A stretch of DNA of 64,000 bases from a virus. Position 1 is the stretch's first letter; each line of letters opens with the position of its first letter. Both the position numbers and the translations under genes were made by a program. The DNA is taken from the IMG/VR virus record IMGVR_UViG_3300048838_001413, positions 4,836 to 68,835 of that record, one strand, 5' to 3'. Positions 48,017 to 58,360 of the stretch are shown in pieces. The notes beneath the pieces are model-generated. The model searched no databases. It was not told where the DNA came from and saw nothing but the letters and a program-made list of their open reading frames with translations.

Positions 48017-51000
48017 TTAGAATGAAGAATCTTTTTCGATTGTATCTACTTTTTCAGTCATATCCTCATAATCCTGGTACACGAGTTTTGCGCGGATGTT
48101 TCCTGATTTAAGGATTTGGTTAAGGGTTGTAAGTGCAGCTGTGAGTTCCCTGTAATTGGGTATCTCAGTTTCGCGGGGGCTGATTGGTTTGGTGTTGGAT
48201 GGCTTAGCACTACCGGCTCCTGAATCCTGATAGAAAAAACCTCCGTTAACTCTTCCGGGCAGCGATGGGATGGCAGCTGACAGATCGACGGTTTTGAGGT
48301 TATGGCTGATGCGTGCCATTTCGAGCATTTGAATAAGTGGTGCGATGGATGGATTATCCATTGCTTCATCGGGAATCACGTATTCGCGTGAGCCGGGTTT
48401 TTCGCCGGCCAGAATTGTAGGTTTATCAATCCAACCTCTTTTATCGGGCTGGTATGAGGCTTTGAATTTTTTCTTATCCTGAGCGCGGAAAACGTCGAAG
48501 AAACCACCTTCTTCCTTGCCGGGTAATTGAGGCAGCGGGGTTGATGCGATGATTCCGATCTGAAGTGCTCCGGCAGCTGCGGCCAGTGCCATGAGTGCGA
48601 TATTTGGATTGGCTTCGGCGATGGCCGCTGCCATGTTGATGATTGCCTGAAACATGGCTACATTTCTGTCGCGTATGGCTTGCTTGCGTGCATAAATCGC
48701 CTTTTGATTATCGAGCTTGCTGTCGAGTTCATCGGTTTTTTTGTTGTAGAGATCCTGGCTGATGATTCCCTTTTCGAGTTGATCGTCGAGCAGCTTTTTG
48801 CGGTAATTGATGCGTTTTTCGTATTCGGTAAGGGCTTTATCCTCTTTGTTTTTGATGATTGCATTGGTATCGGCCCAGGCATTAGACAAAGCATAAGCGG
48901 CCATAGCAATACTTTCGACCATATCTTCACCCTTTTTCAGGTTATCGAAAAGGGTTTTCCAGTCGTCGGTTGTGAATCCGAGGATATCGGTTTTGAACTT
49001 ACCTTTCATTTTGATGTCGTGCTCTTTTTCATCATCTTCGCCGGTAGCCTCTTTGCGTTCTTTTTTGAGCTGACGTAGCTTTTCGATTATTTCGTTGATC
49101 AGCTCCATGGTGGTATCGAATTCCTCCTGGCTTATGATTCCATCGGCGAGGGAAAGCCCCTCGAGTGCACCTCCATCTTTGAACGACTGCATTTCGGTGA
49201 GCAGGGTTTCGAGGTGTTGGATGGTGAGATCGGTTTCCTTGATTTGCTGATCTTTCTGAATTTTTAATCGCGCCTGATTGAGGGTTTTGATGTCTTTAAG
49301 TTCCTCGTCGGAATAAGTTTTTTTCAGGTGAGCCATGCCCTCTTCGTAGGTAGTGATAAGGTCGAGCTCTTTGATATGTTCGAGTTTCATGGCTGCCAGC
49401 GTGGTATCGAATGCAAGTTGCTTATCGTCGATATTCTTTTTGATGGCATCGGCATCTATTTTGTCGATGGCCAGCTGGTGTTTTTGTTTGAGCGTTTCAT
49501 AAGCCAGTGCTTCGGCTTCGGAGAGGTCTTTTTTCTGTTTGTGGAAGATGTTTAGTTTTTTGAGTTGATCGTTAAAATCGAGTTCAGCTTTTTGCACGGG
49601 CGATAATTCAATGCCGGCAGCATTGATTTCGTCGAGGCGTTTTTGTTTGTCGCGTTGAATTTCGAGTTCTTTATCGACGATTTTCTCCATGAGTTCGGTA
49701 CGATCTTCGGCATCTTTATCCATTTGTTTGAGCCTGCCTCTCATAAAGCTGAGGCTGATCTGGTCGAGTTTGTTGTTGAGATCTTCTTCGGTTTTGATAA
49801 GCCCTTTCTGGTATCTGCGTTTTGCGTTTATGCGTGCATTCATTTCGGCTTCATCGGAATATTTATCCTTTGTGCCTGAAACTCCACCTTCGTTTGTAAA
49901 TCCGGTGGTAGCATTTATGAGCTGTTTTTCGAGGTTGGTGATGATTGTTTCGGTGGTAAGGATACGGTTTAATAATTTTTCCTTCATTACTTCATCCGTA
50001 ACGTGTTTGAGCGCAAATTGATAATCGGCTAAGGACTTCTTCTGAAGTTCTATTTCTTCTTTAATGGAATCGGTTCGGGTATCTTTGGCTTTTTTGGCCA
50101 GCTCTTCCATTTGCTTTATATAATTTTTATTCAATCCCTCGAGGTGATTGTATTCTGATTCAAGACTTTTAATGAGAGCAGTGTTCATCTGGGTTTGAGG
50201 ATTTGCCCTCATATCGGCGAGATATTGTTCAATCTCGATTATTCTCACATTGTTGTCGATGATCTTTTGCTTGTAAGCTTCAGATTTTGCTTCAAGTGCA
50301 ATGATTTTGAGGCGTGTATGATATTCACGGTTAAGCGCCTGCATAATCTGAAAAATATCATTATACATTAGCTTTTCTTTATTAAGCCCTGCGAGCAATT
50401 CGGGATATTTCTGAATAAGGTCGCCTACCAGTTTATTGCGGAGTGCGCCGCCTTCGTTGGTGGCATTGATCATATTAAACAATTCTTCCAGTTCAGATCT
50501 TTCCTGTTGAACAGCCCTTGATCTGTCGGCATGAATGCGATTGTATTCTTCGTTGAGCGACATGGCTTCCTTAATGGCATCGGAAATTCTCATTCTGTAA
50601 ATGGAAACAGCGGCAACCACGGCCATGATTGCAGCGGCCAATAAAATCCATGGGTTTGTAAGTGTGATTGCCCTGAGTGCGATTTTTGCTTTCGCGGCCT
50701 TGTAAATACTTCCGGTCATGGCGAAATAGGCAACCTTTACGCGGAGCAAAGCGGCCTGTAAATATCCGGAAGTGATAATCTGTAACTTCTGCAGGGCAAC
50801 AATGGTTTTTAAGGCAGTACGGTAAACCAGGATGTAAGTAATGAGTGCTGCAATTGCGCTTCTGTGTTTATACACAAATCCGATAATTGCGCCGGTTGAT
50901 TTCATAAACTGTTCCTGCACGCTGAGTCCGTGCATATAAACCGGGAATAGTTTTTCGCCCAGTTCAACACGAAGGGCCTGAATGGATTTTTGTTTTTTCT

Positions 51001-52195
51001 CAACCTTAGCGGCGCCTGTTTCGTTTTTAATGGTAAACTCCTTCATGATACTGGTATTCTCTTCCATGGCTTTGCCTGCCAGGTTCATTTGCTCACGAAT
51101 TTCATTTACTTTGTTGACCATTGTACCCATAACCTGTGTCATACGCTGACCTTCGAGATCGGTTTCGCCAAGCAGTTTAACCAGCTGGGCGAATGAAGCA
51201 TTTCCTTCGCCTGCCCCTTTTAAGGTTTCAAAGAGCTGGAGCATGGTTTCGTTTGCATCGTTGGTAAACGCGGTAAGGTAATCCTCGATAGACATGCCCA
51301 TAATTTTGGCCATAGATTCAGTTTCGGTGGCCATTTTACTCATAAGCTTTGAATAAGCTGTGGCTGAAACTTCTGATTTCTGACCAAACCGATCGAGTGC
51401 AGCAGCAAGTCCGAGAATCTTATCGATAGACACTCCGGCCAATGGTGCAATACCGGCGGTTCGTTCAACGAAGTTGATTAAGAACCCTTCCTGAGCCGTG
51501 CTGGCCATTCCGAGTGCATTGACCGCGCTACCTACGCGGAGCATAGCTTCTTCTATGCCATATACTTTATCGAGGCTAAAGATTTCGACGGATTTACCGA
51601 TGGCGCGAATGGCATCTTCGGCATTTCCCCCGAGTTCCTTGCTGAGTGCAACCGATATTTTATCTGCGGCATTGGCAAAGCCGAGGAGATCCTGCTGGCC
51701 TCTGACCCCGAGTTTACCGGCCACATAAGCAAGATCGAGTAAATCGTTCTGAGCAGTACGGGTATTGATTTTCATCATTTCCTTGTTCAGCTCGATAACC
51801 TCCTGCCGTGTCATATCGGTTACTTTCATTACATCGGCGATTTTGTCGTCGAATTTCTGGAATTCGTCGGTGGCTCTTCGTGTACCCATAACGAGGCCTG
51901 TAATGGCACCGATTGTACCCATAATCACCGGCCAGTACTTGTTAAGGGCATTGGCCAGACCTTTGAGGCTGGTAAGGTTAATTTGAGTTACCCTCAGCTG
52001 TGCATTGTGCTGATCGATGATACCGCGGAGATTTCTGATTTGCGCCATTGTTCGGTTGTATTCGCGCGAGCCAATGGTCATTGTGCGGATGGTGCGGGAA
52101 AGCCTCAGAAATTCGGCATTGATGCTTTTTATATCATTTCGAACCTGCTTACCGTTGATATACAGGTTTATACGTCGGGTGTAGTTGCCAGCCAT
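48017..52195 (-). CDS. Tail tape measure protein (TP901-like)
   Basis: 1392 aa helical protein; DVMKVTD...AGKLG core; TM-like segment. Confidence 0.9.
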   Translation of the reverse strand: MAGNYTRRINLYINGKQVRNDIKSINAEFLRLSRTIRTMTIGSREYNRTMAQIRNLRGIIDQHNAQLRVTQINLTSLKGLANALNKYWPVIMGTIGAITGLVMGTRRATDEFQKFDDKIADVMKVTDMTRQEVIELNKEMMKINTRTAQNDLLDLAYVAGKLGVRGQQDLLGFANAADKISVALSKELGGNAEDAIRAIGKSVEIFSLDKVYGIEEAMLRVGSAVNALGMASTAQEGFLINFVERTAGIAPLAGVSIDKILGLAAALDRFGQKSEVSATAYSKLMSKMATETESMAKIMGMSIEDYLTAFTNDANETMLQLFETLKGAGEGNASFAQLVKLLGETDLEGQRMTQVMGTMVNKVNEIREQMNLAGKAMEENTSIMKEFTIKNETGAAKVEKKQKSIQALRVELGEKLFPVYMHGLSVQEQFMKSTGAIIGFVYKHRSAIAALITYILVYRTALKTIVALQKLQIITSGYLQAALLRVKVAYFAMTGSIYKAAKAKIALRAITLTNPWILLAAAIMAVVAAVSIYRMRISDAIKEAMSLNEEYNRIHADRSRAVQQERSELEELFNMINATNEGGALRNKLVGDLIQKYPELLAGLNKEKLMYNDIFQIMQALNREYHTRLKIIALEAKSEAYKQKIIDNNVRIIEIEQYLADMRANPQTQMNTALIKSLESEYNHLEGLNKNYIKQMEELAKKAKDTRTDSIKEEIELQKKSLADYQFALKHVTDEVMKEKLLNRILTTETIITNLEKQLINATTGFTNEGGVSGTKDKYSDEAEMNARINAKRRYQKGLIKTEEDLNNKLDQISLSFMRGRLKQMDKDAEDRTELMEKIVDKELEIQRDKQKRLDEINAAGIELSPVQKAELDFNDQLKKLNIFHKQKKDLSEAEALAYETLKQKHQLAIDKIDADAIKKNIDDKQLAFDTTLAAMKLEHIKELDLITTYEEGMAHLKKTYSDEELKDIKTLNQARLKIQKDQQIKETDLTIQHLETLLTEMQSFKDGGALEGLSLADGIISQEEFDTTMELINEIIEKLRQLKKERKEATGEDDEKEHDIKMKGKFKTDILGFTTDDWKTLFDNLKKGEDMVESIAMAAYALSNAWADTNAIIKNKEDKALTEYEKRINYRKKLLDDQLEKGIISQDLYNKKTDELDSKLDNQKAIYARKQAIRDRNVAMFQAIINMAAAIAEANPNIALMALAAAAGALQIGIIASTPLPQLPGKEEGGFFDVFRAQDKKKFKASYQPDKRGWIDKPTILAGEKPGSREYVIPDEAMDNPSIAPLIQMLEMARISHNLKTVDLSAAIPSLPGRVNGGFFYQDSGAGSAKPSNTKPISPRETEIPNYRELTAALTTLNQILKSGNIRAKLVYQDYEDMTEKVDTIEKDSSF

Positions 52196-52222
52196 GGTAG
52201 AGTTTGTATTAGAATTCGGTAG

Positions 52223-52258
52223 CTAAAGTAAAATGAGGCATCAGTGAATAAAAGGACA
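52223..52258 (-). promoter_or_regulatory. Late promoter motif for the tape measure gene
   Basis: TGTCCTTT-N20-TACTTTAG. Confidence 0.65.
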
Positions 52259-52273
52259 AGCAACGAAATGCTG

Positions 52274-52567
52274 TCAATCAGGAATCAGCACGAGCCAGTA
52301 TAGTTGGCCTTCGACTGATTTGTTGATAAAACCCTGGTTAATCATTTCATCGAAAATGGCTTCTTTGGATGCGTCGCAATGTTGCAGAACGGAATCAAAC
52401 AGTTCGGAAGCCGAGATAAGGTCGTCGCAATGAGCAGCAGATCCGGCCGGTAAAAACAGGCTTGAAATAACCTGCGGCAGATTAGCGGGAGGACCACCAA
52501 TAATAATCACGCCACCTTCACCGGGAGGCGTATCGTCGTTGAAATCTGATTTTTTCTTTTTAGACAT
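52274..52567 (-). CDS. Hypothetical protein
   Basis: 97 aa ORF. Confidence 0.6.
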   Translation of the reverse strand: MSKKKKSDFNDDTPPGEGGVIIIGGPPANLPQVISSLFLPAGSAAHCDDLISASELFDSVLQHCDASKEAIFDEMINQGFINKSVEGQLYWLVLIPD

Positions 52568-52573
52568 TTTGTT

Positions 52574-53053
52574 TTAGTTTATACGCATACGTGCTGCATT
52601 AACAGCGGCATCGGCATTTACTGAGGCTAAATCGTTGGCCAGTTTGGGAACGTTGCTGTCGATGATGTTGTTGAACCAGTCAACCGGTTTGCGACCTATG
52701 CCGGTTGAGTTTCCGCCACCCATTCTCACCACCATTCCATTCACCATTTTATATCCTTTTCCCACGCCTTTATGTACAAAAACGCCATGCCTTTCAAAAC
52801 GGAAGCTTGCACCTTCGGCAATTCCCTGGGCGTAGAAAATACGTTGGCGGATGCTATCGATAAGTTTTTCTTCATCGCGAACGGAGCCGAATTTATTTTT
52901 TCGCTGAACCGTTCCTTTTTTTCCTTTCGTGAACTGAGCTGCAGAAGCTTTGAGCTTACCGCGGACATTGGTGGTCCAGTCTTTCAGCAGTTGGTTTTGC
53001 TGCATGAAAGTATCCCAGGATATAACCGCGTTGGATGATGGATATGCGCTCAT
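52574..53053 (-). CDS. Putative neck / tail-completion protein
   Basis: RHGVFVHKGVG...RKPVDWFN; position in the module. Confidence 0.55.
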   Translation of the reverse strand: MSAYPSSNAVISWDTFMQQNQLLKDWTTNVRGKLKASAAQFTKGKKGTVQRKNKFGSVRDEEKLIDSIRQRIFYAQGIAEGASFRFERHGVFVHKGVGKGYKMVNGMVVRMGGGNSTGIGRKPVDWFNNIIDSNVPKLANDLASVNADAAVNAARMRIN

Positions 53054-53556
53054 GATGAAATCCATTTATCGGTGTCAACCGCTTCGGGGAAGAATGAATC
53101 AATATCAAAAGTGTAACGGATTCCGTAAAGGTTTCCGAGTTCGGAAGAGATAAGCCTGGCTTCGACAGAAGAGATATCGAAGCTTCGTACCGGGTTATCC
53201 GGCAATTGTTTATCGGCGCGGATACGAGCCAGAATATCGTCGCCAATTTCTTCGAGGTCGTCCCAGGTCTGATGGATTTTTTCGTAATCGTCCCTATCGG
53301 ACACATGACTGGCAAGCAGGAACCCGCTGGATCGTTTTTTAGAGATATTGTCGCTTTTCTGATCGGTAAGGGTGAAGCTATATCCCTCCATCACGAGCAA
53401 TGGATAACAGGCAGATTCAGGCAGCCCGGTAATTACTTCGTCGAGTTCGAGGCGGAAGAAGTGTTTTTCCTCGTTGCTGTGCCTGATTGCAATATGCTCA
53501 GTGGCGATGGTTCTGAAGTAATCGACCAGCGCCGAGAATTTACGACCTTTTTGCAT
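53050..53556 (-). CDS. Putative tail terminator / connector protein
   Basis: 168 aa in the head-tail module. Confidence 0.5.
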   Translation of the reverse strand: MQKGRKFSALVDYFRTIATEHIAIRHSNEEKHFFRLELDEVITGLPESACYPLLVMEGYSFTLTDQKSDNISKKRSSGFLLASHVSDRDDYEKIHQTWDDLEEIGDDILARIRADKQLPDNPVRSFDISSVEARLISSELGNLYGIRYTFDIDSFFPEAVDTDKWISS

Positions 53557-54301
53557 TTTCTTTGATTTTTCGGGTTATGTAGCGGAGTACATCGTGCAGG
53601 AGCATACCTGCATATTTTTCGGAATTGATGATATCATCGTTCACTATGCTATCGAAAACCTTCAGCCAGGATGAATTTTTCTTTGACACTTTGGTTTTAT
53701 CATCATCGATATTTTTTGTAAAAATGAGCGGGTACCTATCGGTGAGCCAATCTTTAATGAGGCGATAATTGATGGCCACGGCCTGTTTTACAAAGGGATC
53801 TGTTTTGGCTGCTGCTTTGGTTCGTTGTTCGATCAGGTTTTCGTTGAACCGTTTGTTACCCGGCCAGTAAAGGGTAGCGATGAATTTGTTAAGCGCTTCA
53901 TCGGCCTTTATTTTATCGGGTTCGATGGCATATTCGTTGAAATAGGTATCGATAAAGATAAACCGTCCGAATGTAAGGCCGTCTAATCCCTTTTTGGGAG
54001 GAATACCACAGGCGAGTTTTTTGATGATAAAGCTTTCGCGCGGGGTGAAGTCGCGGATAAAGTCGATGGCATCGATGATATTGTACACCATAAACGGGCT
54101 TAATCGTTTTGCGATGAAGCGTGGAATACCAAAGAATCCGGAGAGGAAAGTAACGTCGTCGTTTTTTTCTTCGGTGAGGTAGAATTTGGCGACAGTAACG
54201 AGCTGAGCCGGGGAAACCTCGGACCAGCTTTCGGGGTATTCTCTATCCCATTTAAGTGGGATAAAACCGAACAAATCATATTTTATCTGAATGGTTTTCA
54301 T
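53540..54301 (-). CDS. Putative tail assembly chaperone-like protein
   Basis: PESWSEV...LTFGRFIFIDTYF. Confidence 0.5.
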   Translation of the reverse strand: MKTIQIKYDLFGFIPLKWDREYPESWSEVSPAQLVTVAKFYLTEEKNDDVTFLSGFFGIPRFIAKRLSPFMVYNIIDAIDFIRDFTPRESFIIKKLACGIPPKKGLDGLTFGRFIFIDTYFNEYAIEPDKIKADEALNKFIATLYWPGNKRFNENLIEQRTKAAAKTDPFVKQAVAINYRLIKDWLTDRYPLIFTKNIDDDKTKVSKKNSSWLKVFDSIVNDDIINSEKYAGMLLHDVLRYITRKIKENAKRS

Positions 54302-55347
54302 CAGGTGAAGAAGGTTCGTTTTCCTGAATTATCGCGGTTGTGAAGCGCGTTAGATCGCGGGTTTGCATCTTCGGCCCAGCTTGCGGCATTATCGGCCAGA
54401 TACTTTTTAAGGCGGATAAAATACTCCTGGGCAATACGTTTGTTGCGTTCGATCAGGTCTTTCACCCTTGCTTCGTCGGTATTGATCTCGAGGTCGGAAT
54501 TTGTGAGGTTTTTGATTCCTTTGAGGTACAAACCACGCTCGGTGAGTTCAGCGCCGGAATCCTCCATCAGCATAGCCGTGCTGAGATAGGCCACCGGATC
54601 TCTGAGGTATGGCATTATTGCCTTGACCTTATCTGCCGGGTTTTCCTTTTTCAGTTCCTCAAAAATATAGGCCAGTGTTGACTCTCTGATATACTTAGAG
54701 AGTTCAAGTTCCTCCACGGTTTTCATGTACTGCCGCAAACGGTCGAAAACAATGCGCGAGTTGTTGATGTGGTAATGTACCTGAAAGGTTTTTGTGTCGG
54801 CAATAATCCGGCCTTTGTGCCTGTACATTTCGGTTTTGTAGGCATCGAAATACTGAATTCGGGTTTCGAGGATCTCGAGAATCACGTCAATGCCATCAAT
54901 ACCCGAGTTGCGGAAGTATTTTTTCAGGTTATCCTCCTGATACTTGAAAAGGGATTTCACTTGTTCGGATTCGCTTCTTTTGAATCCGGCATCGGAAGTG
55001 CTTACATTCAATTGATCGAATCCAATCCACAGGGCAATATTGGCGATTGATTTCTGCGTATAATAAAGCAGCATTGACCATGCCTTTTCTTCAGGGTTTA
55101 GATTGTTGTCGTCGAGATCTCCTGAAGTGGCTCCGATCAGGAAATTGTTATCCTGGATATCGGCAGTAATTTTATAGGTTTCAGGATTGTTGTGATAGGC
55201 AATGAGCATGGCATACATATCGCTTCCGAGGGCGGGTGCGATAAACGACATTTCAGCCTGCGCCAGGTGCGCCGAAATACGGTCGAATTCAAGCGCTTTG
55301 CCAACCCTGACAACTGCGCGAACTTCATCGATGGATTTGAGTAACAT
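54301..55347 (-). CDS. Head-tail adaptor-like protein (DUF6712-like; start MLLKSID)
   Basis: Directly after the portal gene; internally duplicated helical domain. Confidence 0.6.
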   Translation of the reverse strand: MLLKSIDEVRAVVRVGKALEFDRISAHLAQAEMSFIAPALGSDMYAMLIAYHNNPETYKITADIQDNNFLIGATSGDLDDNNLNPEEKAWSMLLYYTQKSIANIALWIGFDQLNVSTSDAGFKRSESEQVKSLFKYQEDNLKKYFRNSGIDGIDVILEILETRIQYFDAYKTEMYRHKGRIIADTKTFQVHYHINNSRIVFDRLRQYMKTVEELELSKYIRESTLAYIFEELKKENPADKVKAIMPYLRDPVAYLSTAMLMEDSGAELTERGLYLKGIKNLTNSDLEINTDEARVKDLIERNKRIAQEYFIRLKKYLADNAASWAEDANPRSNALHNRDNSGKRTFFT

Positions 55348-55348
55348 A

Positions 55349-56698
55349 TCAGGAAAGGGTTTTAGATGTTCCGGCCCCGGTGTCGAGGGTAGTAAGAATT
55401 GTTGATCTGAAACGGAGTTGTACATCGGTAATGCCGTTGTACTCGAGGAAGATTTCGAGCGGATCGAGGATATTTTGCCTGTCAATCCACGCGTTCGCGA
55501 TATTTACGAGGAATGCTTCGCGTATGTTTGAGCCGCCCTGATTGCTTGAATAGGTTCCCCCAGGCATACCAGCTCCCAAAACGTTTGGATTAATCATAAG
55601 TGCAAACAAGATCTCAGAGTTTGCCGCTGCTGAAGTAATGAGTTTGTCTCCGTCCTTGTATTTGTTGTCGAGGGGTTCGATGATCCATTGCTCTTCTGCT
55701 TTTCCGGAATTGGGGTTAATTTCAAAGAAAGTGAAAATTGGTTTATCGGCATTTTCGACACCGCAAAGATTTTCTTCGAGGCTATCCATGTAGGTTTCAA
55801 TGGCGGCTCGTCTAAGCGCGGGATCGGGGTAATCTTCTTTGGCGAATTTACGGTCCCAGAATGCGTAGGGTATTTTGACATGCCATTTCCAGGTGATTTG
55901 GTTCTGGTATGCTTTTTTGAGGAATGAAGGAACGCTTTTGGCAATATCAATCCAGCCGGCAAGGTAGGCCGACCACCATATAGGTTCGCCGTAATACTCA
56001 GCATTTGACCAGCTATCGCGGATTGCGAACACGAGGCTTTTGTTTGATATTTTGCCGGCCATTTTACGCCGGTTAATGTCGCCGAGGGGATCGTATTCGT
56101 CGAGCAGATCGAGCACTTCGAATTCACCATCTCCGGGAGTATCAGGCCATTTTCCGGAAACAACAACCTTTTCCATCACACCTTTTTTGGCGATGCTGAT
56201 GCGGCAGAACATTGAATTGATGGCATTGAGGCCAACCATTTTGGAACCATCTTCGTTGGGGATCAGCTGTACGTTTCCGCATCCGAACTTAAAGTAATCG
56301 CGGGTAGCCTTTTCGAGGTAACGCCTGACCATGCGCGAATTACAGAATCTAACGATTTCCTCGTCGTCGATTACCTCGAGCTGTTCGTTACCCTGATCGT
56401 CGTAGCCTTTCACATGGCAAGGGAAAACACCCTGGCCGAGTGTAAAATTGCGGATAAATTTAAGCCCGGTATTGAGCACGCCCACCGAACGAATAAGATC
56501 GTAAGCGGTTTTCGGGAAATCGTTGTTTGGTCCCCATGCAGCAACTTCGATGTTACCGACAGTGAGTTTATCTTCGGTAATTTCGGTTTGTGTAGTAACC
56601 TTTGGCTTTACCTCGGGAGCACCTGAAGTTGAGGCAAAATATTTGGTTCCGTAGGCAATGAGAGGAACACCGTGGTCATTAAATAGTATCTTGGTCAT
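55349..56698 (-). CDS. Portal protein
   Basis: 449 aa; WGPNNDFP, YYGEPIW, GGSNIREAF...R..ILDPL as in Bacteroidetes phage portals. Confidence 0.7.
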   Translation of the reverse strand: MTKILFNDHGVPLIAYGTKYFASTSGAPEVKPKVTTQTEITEDKLTVGNIEVAAWGPNNDFPKTAYDLIRSVGVLNTGLKFIRNFTLGQGVFPCHVKGYDDQGNEQLEVIDDEEIVRFCNSRMVRRYLEKATRDYFKFGCGNVQLIPNEDGSKMVGLNAINSMFCRISIAKKGVMEKVVVSGKWPDTPGDGEFEVLDLLDEYDPLGDINRRKMAGKISNKSLVFAIRDSWSNAEYYGEPIWWSAYLAGWIDIAKSVPSFLKKAYQNQITWKWHVKIPYAFWDRKFAKEDYPDPALRRAAIETYMDSLEENLCGVENADKPIFTFFEINPNSGKAEEQWIIEPLDNKYKDGDKLITSAAANSEILFALMINPNVLGAGMPGGTYSSNQGGSNIREAFLVNIANAWIDRQNILDPLEIFLEYNGITDVQLRFRSTILTTLDTGAGTSKTLS

Positions 56699-56970
56699 AG
56701 CTTTACTTTTTGATCGTTGAATTCAATGATGTTATCAATATGCACAGGATAAACGTGGCCGGTTGCATTGCCATCGGCATCGATTGGTCTTACACCGCGG
56801 AATCTGTTTTGCGACATATTGAATCGCAATCCGGTAGCCACAGCTTTCGGGAAGAAAACGATCTGTCCGTTTTTTTTAATGAATTTAATTGAGAAAACCA
56901 CCTGCTTACCGTAGGGGGTTTCCTTAATATCCATTTCGCGCAAAGCCTGAACCCGGAGAATAGCAGCCAT
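56695..56970 (-). CDS. Hypothetical protein
   Basis: 91 aa coupled to the portal gene. Confidence 0.65.
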   Translation of the reverse strand: MAAILRVQALREMDIKETPYGKQVVFSIKFIKKNGQIVFFPKAVATGLRFNMSQNRFRGVRPIDADGNATGHVYPVHIDNIIEFNDQKVKL

Positions 56971-57566
56971 TAGTATCCTTTTTCTTTGTCGCGTTCGTTA
57001 CCATCGTTCAGGCGATAGAGAAACTTAGCTGTTCGCCGGTCGCCAAACCACCAGGTAATTACAGAAACGGTGAGGTAAATCACCACGTCGCTTATTTCGG
57101 TGAACATTGCTCTGGCTTGTTCGGCCGACAATAAAGGTTCTTTGGCTGTAATGATTTCGATAACCTTGAACGTGAGGATTGTGGTGAGGGCAGTGAGATA
57201 CATTGTAAGTCCGGGACGGATAGAAGCACGCACAGTGTCAACCAGACCCATAAGGAACGCAATGAGTTTGCCGGTTTTGCTGCCATTGGCAGTAAGCAGG
57301 GAAAGTTTTTCGGCGGTAAGTACATCGGCCTGAGCGCCTTTGAGGCTTTCGAGATAAGCAGAAGCTTCGGCTTGCTCGATGGCAGCTTCGGTTCGGGTAG
57401 TTTCGACAGCGATCAGCAGTTTGGCTTCCTGTTCGCGTTCTTTGATGTCGAATTCCCTCATTTTGAGGTCGTGTTCGTTTTTGAGTTTCTGAGTTTTCAG
57501 ATTGGTGAAGCTGGTGATGATGTTTCCGAGGAATCCGGTAGCGACACCGAGGATTGTTTCAATCAT
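56970..57566 (-). CDS. Holin-like membrane protein
   Basis: VRASIRPGLT...TM helices...WWFGDR; adjacent to the endolysin candidate. Confidence 0.6.
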   Translation of the reverse strand: MIETILGVATGFLGNIITSFTNLKTQKLKNEHDLKMREFDIKEREQEAKLLIAVETTRTEAAIEQAEASAYLESLKGAQADVLTAEKLSLLTANGSKTGKLIAFLMGLVDTVRASIRPGLTMYLTALTTILTFKVIEIITAKEPLLSAEQARAMFTEISDVVIYLTVSVITWWFGDRRTAKFLYRLNDGNERDKEKGY

Positions 57567-57984
57567 TGTTGATGATTTTGAGGTTAAAACTATTGGAGAG
57601 TCCTATTTTTAGTGACATTTCGGAAAAAGCTTTGGTAGAATTGAGGATAGCCCTCTGATTTTTGATTTTACCCTGGTATGCACCGGGTAAAATGCAGCCA
57701 CGGGAATGGGTGAGGAAGTTTTTGCGGGTATCTCCGGCCAGATTGCCCTTGTGAAAGAGGACATATGATCGACCGGGGACATTGGAAACGATCCAGCATC
57801 GTCCGAATTTCGGGCTTTTGTAGGGTTTGCAGATATAATCCCCAGCAGGGATACGCGAAAAGCCAACCTCGTTATCGCGTTCGGGCAATTCGATGATGTG
57901 TACTTTGAGGCCAACTGAAGGCGCGATAAGTACAGCGAATGTACCCTGATCGGTAGGTTTTGAACGAATAAGGAAAGCATCCAT
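57559..57984 (-). CDS. DUF5675-family putative endolysin
   Basis: RIPAGDY, VPGRSYVLFHKGN, SRGCILPG. Confidence 0.75.
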   Translation of the reverse strand: MDAFLIRSKPTDQGTFAVLIAPSVGLKVHIIELPERDNEVGFSRIPAGDYICKPYKSPKFGRCWIVSNVPGRSYVLFHKGNLAGDTRKNFLTHSRGCILPGAYQGKIKNQRAILNSTKAFSEMSLKIGLSNSFNLKIINND

Positions 57985-58250
57985 TATTTACCTCCTTTTT
58001 CGATAAGTTTTTTAATCTCAGTCAGCTTATCGTTGATGTTTTGGAGCTGGTTTTCAACCAGCTCTTTGTTGGCTTTACATTCCACCGCTTTATCCATTCG
58101 TTCAATATCTTTTTCCATTTTGGTCATTTTGATATTGCCTGCTTCAAATCGGGTAGAAACGGATCTGTTGTGTGAAGAAATCATCTTAAAAACGATTATG
58201 AGAAGTGCGATGTATGAGGCGATAACACCCAATAATTGTTCGGCGGACAT
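57984..58250 (-). CDS. Small membrane protein of the lysis cassette
   Basis: N-terminal TM helix plus coiled coil. Confidence 0.65.
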   Translation of the reverse strand: MSAEQLLGVIASYIALLIIVFKMISSHNRSVSTRFEAGNIKMTKMEKDIERMDKAVECKANKELVENQLQNINDKLTEIKKLIEKGGK

Positions 58251-58266
58251 AGTTCTTGTTTTTCAG

Positions 58267-58302
58267 CAAAACTAAAGTGAGAAAGCGGCGATGGAAAGGA
58301 CA
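58267..58302 (-). promoter_or_regulatory. Late promoter motif for the lysis/portal operon
   Basis: TGTCCTTT-N20-TAGTTTTG. Confidence 0.7.
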
Positions 58303-58329
58303 GACGAAAAGTGCGGATTGGAAGGCAAT

Positions 58330-58353
58330 AAAAAAGGCCGCTGAGCGGCCTTT
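58330..58353 (-). terminator. Intrinsic terminator
   Basis: AAAGGCCGC-TCA-GCGGCCTTTTTT on the minus strand. Confidence 0.75.
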
Positions 58354-58360
58354 CGTGTAA

